Shown: piece by piece, positions 1 to 9,804 of the stretch
Layout of the letters: each line of letters begins with the position of its first letter
How positions within the stretch are numbered: the stretch's first letter is position 1
DNA from: an uncultured virus (IMG/VR IMGVR_UViG_3300046506_000102)
Lineage: Duplodnaviria; Heunggongvirae; Uroviricota; Caudoviricetes
Strand: one strand, 5' to 3'
Length of the DNA: 64,000 bases
IMG/VR virus record: IMGVR_UViG_3300046506_000102
Notes under the pieces: model-generated
Database searches by the model: none
Seen by the model: only the letters and a program-made list of their open reading frames with translations
What the model was told of the DNA's origin: nothing
Program-made: the position numbers and the translations under genes

Positions 1-1794
1 ATCCTGATCAACGCCCTTGCCCTGAATTTCGATCGTGTCTTCTGAAATCATCGGCTTTAGAATTTCGATCATGTCGCGGCGTTCATCGGTTTTGATTTCG
101 TCAACGATGATGAACAGCTTTGAACGCATCCACGCGTTGAACTTCGAACCGCTTTCGATTAGCTCGCGCGCCTTCGGTTCGTACGTGTACATTTTACCGA
201 TCGCGGCTTGCATGATGATCTTGAGCGCTTTCTTACCGACGCCCTCAACCGATTGGATCAACGGTGCCCATGGGATTTTGTGACCGGGGAAGCGCACGTT
301 ATGTGCGAGGTATTCAATCAAAATCTTTCGGTCACTCTCATAAGGAAACAACGCCGCAAGGTGATTGAGGAACGGTGTAACGTCACCGGGTTCAGCGTTG
401 ATGTTCGCAGGCTGGTATGTGTTGACACCGAGCCGCCCCAACGCATCGGGGATCATTTCGCGATATGGACGCGACGGCAGAAAACGAATGTGGTCAACCT
501 TTGGGATCGTCCATAGCGTTGAGTTGGTCGCGGCTTCAAACGGCTTGTTCACCGTCTTGCCTAGCGCATCGATGATGAACTTTTTTCCGCCGTAGCTGCT
601 GCCGTTGAATTTGGTCGCGTTCATAAAGCGACCACTGGCGGTTAGTATCTCGCCTGTTCGCTCGATATAAACGCAGCCTTTGAACCATTCGCGTTGTTCG
701 CTATCGGTCAGCAACTCGCCAACCGGGACCGGCATTGATTGCGGCATCGGTGGTGTTTGCGACTGCTCTTGTTCGTGCGGCAACGGCGCGGTTGTCGTCA
801 CGTCCGATGATAGCGGATGCGGCTTGCGCTCTTGAAGCTTTTCGCCGAACAAACGCAGCGCATGCAGATTGCCGTTGCGTCGTTCTAGCGACGGCCAACC
901 AACTTCCGTGTTGCGAATGCTGTTCCAGTTTTTGCGAAGATAAGCAGGCGTCGGTTTGCTGCCGTCTTCAAGCGTGTATTGCAGCGACCATTGCGCCCAT
1001 GCTTGAATAAGCTGATCTTCGCTCGCCCAATTCCACGCGGCTTGTTTCCACGCGCTTGTAAAGCTGATCCACTCGCCACGGTCTAGATCGTTCGGGTTCG
1101 TTTCGGCGAGTGCGCGCAAGCACCAATCCCAACCGGGCGCTTGCATCTTCGGTTCGCCTAGTTCGTATCGCTCGCCCGTGCCGTCAATCACGTTGACGCC
1201 AGCAAGAGCGACTTCAAGCATTGCCGGATCAATCGGATTGCCGAAGCCGTTCAACGCCCAACACGTGACTAGATGCGGATTGTTGGGGTCTTTAAGATGA
1301 TAGAACCCCGGAATGCGCAGCACTCTTGAAGCGTCGATAACCTTTTTATCGCCGTCAAACAGGGACCGCAATTTGCGCTGTAATAAAGTGAAGCCATCGC
1401 GATTTCGATGATAATACGTCGTCCAATAGACGTGAAATTTACCCGGCGACGATTGGACGGCGAAAGCCGGTGCAGGGTTGAATTGCGTTGCGCGCTGATA
1501 GTTCTGTTCGGCTGATAGTGTGTCAAGGTCGATAGCTTGACATCGGATCGCGTCCACGTTTGCGATTTCATATCGCCCCTGCCCGTCCATTTGATTGATC
1601 GTGCAAAAAATTCCGTAGCCCTGCGCATTCCAAGCGCACAACTCTTGCCAAAGTTGCGGCAGCGTTCCGCGCCTTGGGATCGCAGCGATATCTTTTCGCG
1701 CGTCGTGGATCGCGCGAGTATCGATCAACGTTGTGTTGGGGTCGCCTTGCGTCAACGCAGCAATGTACGCGTAAGCCTGATCATAACTTTGCAT
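1..1794 (-). CDS. Primase-helicase (RepB-like primase N-terminus, SF3/DUF5906-like helicase C-terminus), 3' end truncated by window
   Basis: Not in the ORF track because there is no stop in the window. Translated by hand from ATG 1794: MQSYDQAYAY..., primase motifs CQAIDLD, VQSSPGKFHVYW and SRVLRIPG, then Walker A QSVEGVGK and Walker B FIIVDE near the left edge, all in one frame. Confidence 0.85.
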   Translation of the reverse strand, partial: MQSYDQAYAYIAALTQGDPNTTLIDTRAIHDARKDIAAIPRRGTLPQLWQELCAWNAQGYGIFCTINQMDGQGRYEIANVDAIRCQAIDLDTLSAEQNYQRATQFNPAPAFAVQSSPGKFHVYWTTYYHRNRDGFTLLQRKLRSLFDGDKKVIDASRVLRIPGFYHLKDPNNPHLVTCWALNGFGNPIDPAMLEVALAGVNVIDGTGERYELGEPKMQAPGWDWCLRALAETNPNDLDRGEWISFTSAWKQAAWNWASEDQLIQAWAQWSLQYTLEDGSKPTPAYLRKNWNSIRNTEVGWPSLERRNGNLHALRLFGEKLQERKPHPLSSDVTTTAPLPHEQEQSQTPPMPQSMPVPVGELLTDSEQREWFKGCVYIERTGEILTASGRFMNATKFNGSSYGGKKFIIDALGKTVNKPFEAATNSTLWTIPKVDHIRFLPSRPYREMIPDALGRLGVNTYQPANINAEPGDVTPFLNHLAALFPYESDRKILIEYLAHNVRFPGHKIPWAPLIQSVEGVGKKALKIIMQAAIGKMYTYEPKARELIESGSKFNAWMRSKLFIIVDEIKTDERRDMIEILKPMISEDTIEIQGKGVDQD

Positions 1795-1798
1795 TGCA

Positions 1799-1990
1799 TC
1801 AGCCGCCTTGCGCCGTATCGGCGGCAGTGGCGGGCGAGCGCCAGCGTTCAACGTCGTCAAAATTCCAGCGGCGCGGGTTCGTGCCCGGTATCGGATCGAT
1901 GAAACGACCGGTGTTGATCATGTCGTAAAGCGTCCGCTTGGGAATACCCAAATGCCGCGCGACATCAACCAGCTTAAGGATTTTCGGCAC
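1799..1990 (-). CDS. AlpA/excisionase-like HTH DNA-binding protein
   Basis: LKLVDVARHLGIPKRTLYDMINTGRFIDP...RRW is a typical AlpA-type winged helix. Confidence 0.75.
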   Translation of the reverse strand: MPKILKLVDVARHLGIPKRTLYDMINTGRFIDPIPGTNPRRWNFDDVERWRSPATAADTAQGG

Positions 1991-2204
1991 GTTTCCGCCC
2001 CCGGCACTCGCTTGACCACATGGAAAGCGGGTTAACTAACCGCTAAGTGCTTCGCTAAAAGTGGTCAACACATTTTCGCACGCTTTCACATCTTTTCAAT
2101 TGACCACATGGCGCAAATCAGTCTTTGTGCAACTTACCACTTGGAAAGCATCGATCGCGCAGCCGTCAACTACGCAGCGCATCCCATGGCAGAGGGCGTA
2201 TCCG

Positions 2205-2519
2205 GTGACTGGCATTCTAATCGCGTTGCTCGCTGGCATTTTGATCGCGTTCGCTCTCGCGATCTTTGACGCGCGCTATTATCGATTGATCGCCCGCGTC
2301 AACGCGTCGGAGGTTGAGCGGCTGCAAATCCAAGGTTCGCAAGCTCGCGACGTTGCAAACCAGTTTCTGACATCATGCCGTTTACTTTCCATTCACCGTA
2401 ATGGACGGCTTAACGTTTTCACTTTTGCGCGCGGCGATCAGATTTTCACCGTCGAAACAATGGGGTTGTTGTCTGACAACCCCGACGAATGGCGAACCAT
2501 GGCGGGGTTGACGCAATGA
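2205..2519 (+). CDS. Hypothetical membrane protein
   Basis: GTG start after AGAGGG; N-terminal hydrophobic helix GILIALLAGILIAFALAIF. Confidence 0.55.
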   Translation: MTGILIALLAGILIAFALAIFDARYYRLIARVNASEVERLQIQGSQARDVANQFLTSCRLLSIHRNGRLNVFTFARGDQIFTVETMGLLSDNPDEWRTMAGLTQ

Positions 2520-2824
2520 TCCGCGTGAGCGTTCACTTAATCAGTGCAATTGACCACAGCGTTACCGAGCTTGCCCGCATGGATATCTGCAACGATGGAA
2601 CGGGCGACTTCCATAGGCGAAACTATGACGCGCAAGCTTTTGTGTTCGATGGCGTTAGTTACATTGGCCGGAACTCTGCCGCGCTAGACCGTTCTACGCC
2701 GTCGAAGATTGGCCGCGTGGTGAATTGGCCTAGCCAACGCTGGCACGTTTGGAACCTAGTCCGTCAGATGCTCACGAACATGGGATACACCAACGGGGAA
2801 ACTGCTTCACCGACTGGTGAATAA
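2516..2824 (+). CDS. Hypothetical protein
   Basis: ATGA overlap with upstream gene. Confidence 0.6.
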   Translation: MIRVSVHLISAIDHSVTELARMDICNDGTGDFHRRNYDAQAFVFDGVSYIGRNSAALDRSTPSKIGRVVNWPSQRWHVWNLVRQMLTNMGYTNGETASPTGE

Positions 2825-2898
2825 CGCCTAACCCCGTGAAACCACGGATGGACGGCATTTTGTTAACCTGATTTACCACCAGCAAAAAGGGAACGGCG

Positions 2899-3381
2899 AT
2901 GAATGCGATGGTAGAAGCAAAATCCGCTGCGGCGAGATTTATTGACGAACACGAACGACTTGCAATTGAGTTGGAAACGGCTCGCTTGACCATCGAAGAT
3001 CAACGCAAGGAAATCGAGAAGGCGGACGCAACGAATGCGATATTGCGCGCAACGCTTGAACAGGCGAACGCCGACAAGAATTCTTATCTGCAATACGCAT
3101 TCGAACTTTCCGCGCAGTTGCAATTCATCGTTTCCGGATCGGCTCGCGCCTTGCAGATTGCGCAGAGCATCCGCGCCCGCATCGCTTCGCAGGCGAGCGG
3201 CATTCCTCCCGTGCCGGGCACGGACGTTGCTGATTTGCAGGCCATCATCAATCGCATCGGCGACGGCAACGAAGCGGCTGGCGACGGCAACGGCTTGACG
3301 AACGGCACGATGGTTGATCGCGACGGCAAGCCGATCGCGCAGCCGTCCGCTGCAACCCAATCGTTGCAGATCGCGAGCTAG
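2899..3381 (+). CDS. Coiled-coil hypothetical protein
   Basis: SD-like AAAGGGAA; heptad-rich N-terminal half. Confidence 0.65.
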   Translation: MNAMVEAKSAAARFIDEHERLAIELETARLTIEDQRKEIEKADATNAILRATLEQANADKNSYLQYAFELSAQLQFIVSGSARALQIAQSIRARIASQASGIPPVPGTDVADLQAIINRIGDGNEAAGDGNGLTNGTMVDRDGKPIAQPSAATQSLQIAS

Positions 3382-3385
3382 TCAC

Positions 3386-4330
3386 ATGCGAACAGAGACA
3401 ATCGATAGAGTGACCGTGGCACTGAAACGCGCGGAAGCCGATAGCCTCGAATTGATCGCAACACGTCTGCGGCAAGAGGCATCCGAACTTGAACACAAGC
3501 TGTTCATTCAAGTGATCGGCCGCGCACCGCGTAGCCCTCGCCCCGCGTAGAGCGCTCGCCATGGTGAAGATCATAGACCGAGACGACCGGATAATGATCT
3601 TCAACGGGAATACGGTGCTTGGGTACGTTGAAGATAGTCGATTGTATGGATTTGATCCGGACAATTACGCCGTTGAAATCTGTACAATCGACAACCGAAA
3701 TGAAATCGCAACGAGGTTTGCGGAATGGCAAGAGAGACGTTAGCCAACCTGCGCGGCAAGCCTCGGTATTGGAAGAAAGGTGAACTTTATTGGTTCGCCG
3801 ACCAACTGGTTACGATGGCTTACGCTGTGACCACCGATCAGGCCAAGGTCGGCACGATCGGAATTGTGAACGATACGTTCGTTGAATTTCTCAGTGAAGG
3901 GCAACGCGCATTTTGGGACGCGGCATGTCAACGCCAGAGCTAGAACTTGACGAACGTTTCTTCGAAGTGATCGCGCGAAATGAAACTTCCGCGATCACAA
4001 AACATCGCACAACAGGAACGTTAGGAGTTTGGAAACTAGAATGGCGGGATAGAGGCAGCTATCCGCCCGGCTTTGAAAGCAACGCATGGGCGGCATTTCT
4101 AAAGGCGTAACTTAGCGGTTAGATGGGCGAACCGTGCTTCAATCGTCCCAATTAACGGGGAAACTATGGCGAAGATAATGAACAAAGAACAATACCGCGA
4201 AGCGGGACAATCGCACGTGAAACATATGCGCGAATTGTTGAGGGATCACGGCGACAACGCGAAGTTAGAACTCCACGCCGATCATATGCGCGCGTTGATC
4301 GCGTTGCTTTCGGCGGCTTCAAACAAGTGA
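3386..4330 (+). other. Cluster of small hypothetical genes (3386-3550, 3561-3743, 3725-3943, ~3925-4110, ~4166-4330)
   Basis: Closely packed plus-strand ORFs ending at a convergent hairpin. Confidence 0.5.
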
Positions 4331-4338
4331 TCGTAATA

Positions 4339-4362
4339 GCCGGGGCGCGAATGCCCCGGTAT
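4339..4362. terminator. Hairpin between convergent transcription units
   Basis: GCCGGGGC-gcgaat-GCCCCGGT inverted repeat. Confidence 0.5.
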
Positions 4363-4640
4363 TACTCTAAGCCGCCTAGATATTTCTTTCGCTCGCTTGG
4401 CTTCATGCCTGCAACGGCCGGATGAGCACTCGCTAGCAGTTGCACGATCACCTTGGCATTGCGGGTATGAACGGCGTACCGCGCTACGTCCATTTGCAGC
4501 AAATCGCTACTTCCGAAATGATACAGAATGGCGCTGTGTGAAAGGTCTAGCTCGCGGCCGATCGCGCGTGCCGTGGCATAGGGCCAGAGCCTCACGCCAG
4601 TTTCCAAGATTTGCTGTTTTACCTGATCTGAATGCGTCAT
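4362..4640 (-). CDS. TetR-like HTH regulator
   Basis: KQQILETGVRLW...TARAIGRELDLSHSAILYHFGS matches the TetR N-terminal HTH. Confidence 0.7.
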   Translation of the reverse strand: MTHSDQVKQQILETGVRLWPYATARAIGRELDLSHSAILYHFGSSDLLQMDVARYAVHTRNAKVIVQLLASAHPAVAGMKPSERKKYLGGLE

Positions 4641-4641
4641 T

Positions 4642-5037
4642 TCATAACTGCCGTATGATAGACTGAATGGCTTTTTCATCGGTTACAAACCCTGCATATC
4701 CGCCTGCCTCACGCACAATAGCGTGAAACTTCGCTTGCGCGTTCGCGCGTTCGTCACTCGGAGTTTGTCTCCACCCCGTTGGCTTAATTTCCAACGCGGT
4801 AAACACACCAAGCTTAACCCACGCATTAGCACTGGCTAACCACGCTGTCACCGGGGTTATTCCAATAAGATCGCTTGACTTTATTTCAGCGTTAAGCGCA
4901 GCACTATCATTCCCCAACCCATAGCGAATCAACCGGCCCGTGTCATCGAAACAAGCACCGCTGTTATTGCGCCACATCGGGCCGATGTTAGCGAACGCTA
5001 ACCGTGTCCGTTGTTGTACGACTGTTTCACTGCTCAT
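4642..5037 (-). CDS. VRR-NUC nuclease (putative Holliday junction resolvase)
   Basis: WRNNSG...RYGL...SSDLIG...ALEIK PD-(D/E)xK pattern. Confidence 0.8.
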   Translation of the reverse strand: MSSETVVQQRTRLAFANIGPMWRNNSGACFDDTGRLIRYGLGNDSAALNAEIKSSDLIGITPVTAWLASANAWVKLGVFTALEIKPTGWRQTPSDERANAQAKFHAIVREAGGYAGFVTDEKAIQSIIRQL

Positions 5038-5107
5038 TTCGCGCGCATCCAATTGCAACATTTGTTACTTACATGAACCTGACGACGGAACTTGACACTT
5101 GTAAAGA

Positions 5108-5590
5108 TCAACGCCGATTTAGAAACGTTCTCAACTGTTCTTCCGCATCACCAAAGAACCAATTGAAAACCGGTATGTGCATATGGTCCGCAATTCGCAA
5201 CGCTTGCCCGGTTCCACCGCTCGCTTTGCCGTCCTTTGTCCAACAGCAAACGAAGTTAACCGGTTGGTTCAATTCATGACCAAGCATGATTGCAGAATTG
5301 CGCGCGTGTAACGCCCTCGCCCATGGCGAGCACTTATCCCATGCCGGGTGAAACAACGCGGCGTGCGTGAACCATTCCGGATGTTGTGCGCTCATATCCG
5401 CCGTGAAGATTTGTTTCGCTTCACGTACCGCAAGGATTTCGTTGCAACCAAGTTCGAAAGACTGATCAGCGCGCAACGCCCCGCCAGAACGCAGCAGGAA
5501 GCCGTTGCGGTGAAACCACGCGCCCCATAGGCGCATTCGCTCGCAAACGTCATCGGGCGTTCTGCGCGATCCTATGCCCGCATAGATCAT
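5108..5590 (-). CDS. SLOG/DprA-like nucleotide-binding protein
   Basis: YAGIGSRRTP, LRSGGALRAD, ARN and GGTGQA motifs. Confidence 0.75.
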   Translation of the reverse strand: MIYAGIGSRRTPDDVCERMRLWGAWFHRNGFLLRSGGALRADQSFELGCNEILAVREAKQIFTADMSAQHPEWFTHAALFHPAWDKCSPWARALHARNSAIMLGHELNQPVNFVCCWTKDGKASGGTGQALRIADHMHIPVFNWFFGDAEEQLRTFLNRR

Positions 5591-6015
5591 CGCCACACCG
5601 CTTTCACAAGCTTGCGCGAAGCCGTTCTGATTGAAGCCATCATAGTTCCGTAGTCGCAGCAAACGACGCGACCATCCAACATGCCGAAGTTCTCAATTTT
5701 CAAATCGACAAGGAAAGCGGGAAGCGACTTAGGCAAATCCCTTTGCCGCAACGGTTCAACCTTGTCCTGTATCAACACGGTTCCTGCGTTCGAAATGAAC
5801 ACACACGGGGCGAACCATTTTTGCATTTCTTTATCGCCCATAACGAACGACCAAATTTCGCTTTCTGCGACGTTCTGAAACGAACGCGCAGCACGCTCGA
5901 TTTTCACGACCAATCGCGAATTCGGTTTGCAGTGATAGACCTTGCGCGCTGAACCTTCGGCGATCAGCGAACCACAAAGAACAGACTGCAATTCGCGTTC
6001 GTTAAATTTGCTCAT
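5587..6015 (-). CDS. Minimal protein kinase-like protein
   Basis: IAEGSARKVY (Gly loop), VVKIE (VAIK Lys), QNVAE (helix C Glu), DLKIENFG (catalytic loop), DYG (DFG equivalent). Confidence 0.7.
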   Translation of the reverse strand: MSKFNERELQSVLCGSLIAEGSARKVYHCKPNSRLVVKIERAARSFQNVAESEIWSFVMGDKEMQKWFAPCVFISNAGTVLIQDKVEPLRQRDLPKSLPAFLVDLKIENFGMLDGRVVCCDYGTMMASIRTASRKLVKAVWR

Positions 6016-6191
6016 TCGTCTAGCTCCGGATTTTTCCACCATTCGAAGCACTTCCCATTGTCGCGCCATTCGCCAGCGCAAACGCTGATGACAGCCGGTA
6101 GCGGGTCGCAGTCGATATCATCGCAGTACATTTCAACTGCTTCCTCATATGACATCGTTTCATCGGTCTTGATCAACTGTGTCACGTGCAT
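6012..6191 (-). CDS. Small hypothetical protein
   Basis: Hand-read ORF MHVTQLIKTD...NPELDE, ATGA-coupled to the kinase gene. Confidence 0.5.
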   Translation of the reverse strand: MHVTQLIKTDETMSYEEAVEMYCDDIDCDPLPAVISVCAGEWRDNGKCFEWWKNPELDE

Positions 6192-6372
6192 TGCGCTTAC
6201 TCCGAAATGATCAAGCGAGGGGAGCGAGGGGCAGACGCGAAAGAGCAGCGCTCACGGCTCAACTGTTGTTCGTGCTTTCGTGCTGCGACGATGGACGGAA
6301 GTTGAAGCAAGATCACCACACAACACACGGCGACCAGCGCATGCACAACATACAAAGCCTTATCAAGCACGG

Positions 6373-8019
6373 TCATTGAACCCACCCCTCAATTTGCGTT
6401 GCTAGCTTTTCCATTTCGACACGCGGCAGTGCTCGCGCACTGAGAACATCAACCCCCGTCGTCAAATAGAACCGTCGATAACTCTGCTGATCGTCGCGGC
6501 CCAACGCGCGCTGATGCCCCGCCCATACCGCTATTGCGTGGTCTAGACGCTGTTGCATTTGAATGCGCTCAATCTGGTTATTGATCGCAGCCTTTCCCGC
6601 GTACTCGTTGCCCGTCGAAAACTGAACGCGTTGCCCCACCCTAGCGGGCGCTTCCAACTCCGCAGCCGCGCGCAACTCCGCAAGCTTCGCGCGATCCAAC
6701 AAGATCAAGTCACCATCGATTTGTTCAATGCTGCCGCGCCCTGTTGGCGTCACTTCCGGAGCATGACCGCAATGCGGGCAACACGGCTTGCACGCCTCAT
6801 AAGGGCGGCTGCATTTCCGACATGCGGTCAACTCGATTTCTTCCGGATCAGGCGCACGCTTGCCGCGCTTCTCACGCCGATCCAGCGTCCAAAATCGTTT
6901 CTTGTCGGGGAAGCCGTGCCGTTTGTAGTTGCTGACATGATCGATAATCAGCCCGTACAACTTGCCAAGGAACGTCCGCAGCGCCCGGCCCGCTTGTTGC
7001 AGGAACACCGCGAGCGAAGCAGTTGGCCGCGCCATGATGACAACTTCACATGCGGGCACGTCGAAGCCTTCGCCGAACAAATCGACGTTGACCAAAATCC
7101 ACAAGCGACCATCGCGGAAGCGTTCAACGTAATCATCACGCACATGGTCGGGCGTTTGTGCGGAGACGGACGCAGCGGGAATGCCGATCGCATTGAAATT
7201 CGCGGCGATTTCACCGGCTGTTTCAACGTCGGTCGCAAAGACAATCGCCCGCTTGCCGAACGCTCTTGCAACGTATTCCTTGACGACATCGCCAACGATG
7301 CGCGATTTCTTAGACGCTTCCCGCATTTTCTTAGGCGAGTAGTCACCGCCATCGGTGATTGCGTCATCACTGATTTGGAAGTCGCTCGCAGGAACAACAT
7401 ATTCGTAATCGGTGATAGCGCCCAAATCCATTAGTTCGCGCGTGGATGGCCCTATAACCATGTCATCAAAGACGCCATCGGCATGACGACCTAAGCCCAT
7501 GCCATCGGCGCGCGTCGGTGATGCAGTGACACCAAGCCCGTAGGCGTTGGTAAACAATTCGACGGCACGGCCCCACTTATTCCCGCGTAACAGGTGATGC
7601 GCTTCGTCAACCGTCCAAAAATCTTGTTGTGCAGCCCAATCCTTCAAGTCGTCTTGGCGAGCAAGCAGCGTATCAACGCCCGCAACACTGCAATTCGCGG
7701 ATGGGTTGATAAATGATCGGCCAAACTTATTGCGATGCTTCGCGACGATCAGCGAAACGACATTCTGCGGCCCGATGATCCGGTGCATGATGCCGCGTTC
7801 CGCGACGTGCATTGACATCTGCCCAACCAACTCTTTGCGATGGGCAATCACGGTTTGCTGCGCGCCAAGTTGGTTTTTATCGAGAACGATATCGGAAACG
7901 ATTACCGACTTGCCGCCGCCAGTCGGGAGTACGGCGAGCATGTTTCGACGGCCGGAATTCCATCCGGCATAGATACTGCTTTTTAATTGGGCCTGATCCG
8001 GTCGGAGGATAATCGTCAT
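6373..8019 (-). CDS. SF2 DEAD/DEAH-like helicase with C-terminal Zn ribbon
   Basis: PTGGGKS, DEAHH, TASP, EGFDVP, QQAGR and CxxC...CxxC motifs; start at MTIILRPD (ATG 8019). Confidence 0.9.
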   Translation of the reverse strand: MTIILRPDQAQLKSSIYAGWNSGRRNMLAVLPTGGGKSVIVSDIVLDKNQLGAQQTVIAHRKELVGQMSMHVAERGIMHRIIGPQNVVSLIVAKHRNKFGRSFINPSANCSVAGVDTLLARQDDLKDWAAQQDFWTVDEAHHLLRGNKWGRAVELFTNAYGLGVTASPTRADGMGLGRHADGVFDDMVIGPSTRELMDLGAITDYEYVVPASDFQISDDAITDGGDYSPKKMREASKKSRIVGDVVKEYVARAFGKRAIVFATDVETAGEIAANFNAIGIPAASVSAQTPDHVRDDYVERFRDGRLWILVNVDLFGEGFDVPACEVVIMARPTASLAVFLQQAGRALRTFLGKLYGLIIDHVSNYKRHGFPDKKRFWTLDRREKRGKRAPDPEEIELTACRKCSRPYEACKPCCPHCGHAPEVTPTGRGSIEQIDGDLILLDRAKLAELRAAAELEAPARVGQRVQFSTGNEYAGKAAINNQIERIQMQQRLDHAIAVWAGHQRALGRDDQQSYRRFYLTTGVDVLSARALPRVEMEKLATQIEGWVQ

Positions 8020-8540
8020 TTGTTGAATTCCACAACACATTTGCAGAACGCAACATATTCCTCATGCGTCATTTGCATTTTGCCGAAATTGTATGCGACG
8101 CAGACGACCTTGATATTTTCGTCCGTGTATCCCTTGAAGGGATCAACCTTATCTATCGACGGGCTGAAAGGATTGTTCGTTTGCCGATCATGCGGAGATA
8201 GATCGAACTTAACGCCCGAACGTTCACACACTCCTAGAGACAACGCGAAAGTAATCCGCAACGGTGTAATTGAGAATTCTAGCTCGCTTTTTGCAGCCCT
8301 CCGCTTCGCTTCTTTCAGCAAGTGAATAGCGCGACCGTTTATGCTTTCACGATACTGTGCAAGACGTTTTAGATTTGCGGACGAATTTCTTTGCCATTCT
8401 TGAGAACGGCATTTCTTACAGTGAGGATGAACACCGCCCTTCGCTCGCTTCATCTTGTGAAACTGATCAAGCGGCTTTGCCTGCTTGCAAATCAAGCAAA
8501 GTTTCGACGCGATATGATCCGGGCGTAGGATGATCGTCAT
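8016..8540 (-). CDS. Free-standing HNH-type homing endonuclease with N-terminal Zn finger
   Basis: CxxC-K-P-F...CxxC N-terminus; SPSIDKVDPFKGYTDENIKVVCVAYNFGK beta-beta-alpha-metal core. Confidence 0.8.
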   Translation of the reverse strand: MTIILRPDHIASKLCLICKQAKPLDQFHKMKRAKGGVHPHCKKCRSQEWQRNSSANLKRLAQYRESINGRAIHLLKEAKRRAAKSELEFSITPLRITFALSLGVCERSGVKFDLSPHDRQTNNPFSPSIDKVDPFKGYTDENIKVVCVAYNFGKMQMTHEEYVAFCKCVVEFNK

Positions 8541-8646
8541 AGCCTGATCATCCAGCAACGATCAGACGGGCTAGAGCCTAAATCTCTCGCCCAATAATAT
8601 ACGATGCAATATCGCCCGCTGTTGTCGGTATGGTAGCAAACCGAAG

Positions 8647-9066
8647 TCACGCGCGCACCATCACCATGATAAGCCACGTTCCATCGGACAACGGGCCGCT
8701 GATTTCGGCGTTGTCCCAAGCCGGGTTGTGCGTGACGTGATCGTTGCAACAACAAACGACGTGATCACCGCTGCCGCACTGGCAAAACAACAGGTAATCA
8801 ATATCCGGGTTGCCGTTTTTCATTGACGCGAAAACATCGGCAAGCGATGCGTTGCCGTCGAACACCGTCACGAACGGACGCAACCGGTGTTCAAGCAACA
8901 ACCACGTGCGAAACTCGACTTGCGCGCGTTCGTCGTCACCGTCGCGCAGGAAATGCGGAACGTCGGTGGTCTTGTCGATATCGAGGATGGACGCCACTGC
9001 CGCGCGCAAACAATCGCCGTAGCTGTTTGGCGGATCATGCTTGACGATGCAGTGATGCGGGATCAT
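8647..9066 (-). CDS. Hypothetical protein, possible papain/C39-like fold
   Basis: GDCLRAAVASIL...HVV...HNP Cys/His arrangement; ATGA overlap with the clamp-like gene. Confidence 0.5.
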   Translation of the reverse strand: MIPHHCIVKHDPPNSYGDCLRAAVASILDIDKTTDVPHFLRDGDDERAQVEFRTWLLLEHRLRPFVTVFDGNASLADVFASMKNGNPDIDYLLFCQCGSGDHVVCCCNDHVTHNPAWDNAEISGPLSDGTWLIMVMVRA

Positions 9067-9689
9067 CGCACCCAATCCGGAGTGATCGCGGGTTCGGCCG
9101 TTTCGCCTTCGTTGCCCGGAATGGGCATAAACAAGCCGTACCAATCCGCGTTCTGAACATCGCGGATGACAACCGGCTTTGTGATATCGATGAATTCGGG
9201 AAATGCGACGCAGCCGGTTGGTGATGCCATCGCGAGCGCTGCGATTGTCGGCGCATTCCAATACATCGCGCCGTTGGTCGCGGCCGGTGCTTCATCAGGC
9301 CCCCACTCGCGCCACGTGTTGAAGTAGTTCTTTGCGGGAAGCTGTACCATCGCGTTCGCGGGGTACTGGTAGCCGAACGTTGTCTTGATTGCGGTGTAAT
9401 TCAGGGCCGGGTTCGCGACGATCATCAACGATGATCCAAACGAAATTTCCTTCTGTGATTGGGCAATCAACACCGGATCAACGGTGATTGCCGTGAAGGC
9501 GTCCGGGCCTTCGTTTGCCCCAATTCGCTCAATCGCGGCCAACTTTCCGTTGGTTACAACGGCGAATAGCTTGTTTTTCGCCCGTTCCAGATACACCGAC
9601 TTAAAGTATTTGCGATCATCTTGCGGATTGAGCAGCAATGGAATTGCTGTCAATCTGGCGTAAAGTTCGCAAGAAATCTCACAATTCAT
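9063..9689 (-). CDS. DNA polymerase beta-clamp-like protein
   Basis: DDRKYFKSVYLE...AVVTNGKL resembles the clamp motif D-R-Y-L-G-V...ATDGHR. Confidence 0.6.
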   Translation of the reverse strand: MNCEISCELYARLTAIPLLLNPQDDRKYFKSVYLERAKNKLFAVVTNGKLAAIERIGANEGPDAFTAITVDPVLIAQSQKEISFGSSLMIVANPALNYTAIKTTFGYQYPANAMVQLPAKNYFNTWREWGPDEAPAATNGAMYWNAPTIAALAMASPTGCVAFPEFIDITKPVVIRDVQNADWYGLFMPIPGNEGETAEPAITPDWVR

Positions 9690-9804
9690 TGATTTACCTC
9701 GCCGTTGGAAAAACTTTCCAGCCGGTTAAATTCCATTTGACCGCGTTTGTCAATCGTGGTTATGTGCCTTTCCATCAATATTCCATCTGGAAAGGCGACA
9801 TCAT

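Noticed and set aside
35..1928. Short ORFs listed in the track over 1-1.9 kb
   Set aside because: The region is occupied by the minus-strand primase-helicase frame, which the track missed because it has no stop in the window
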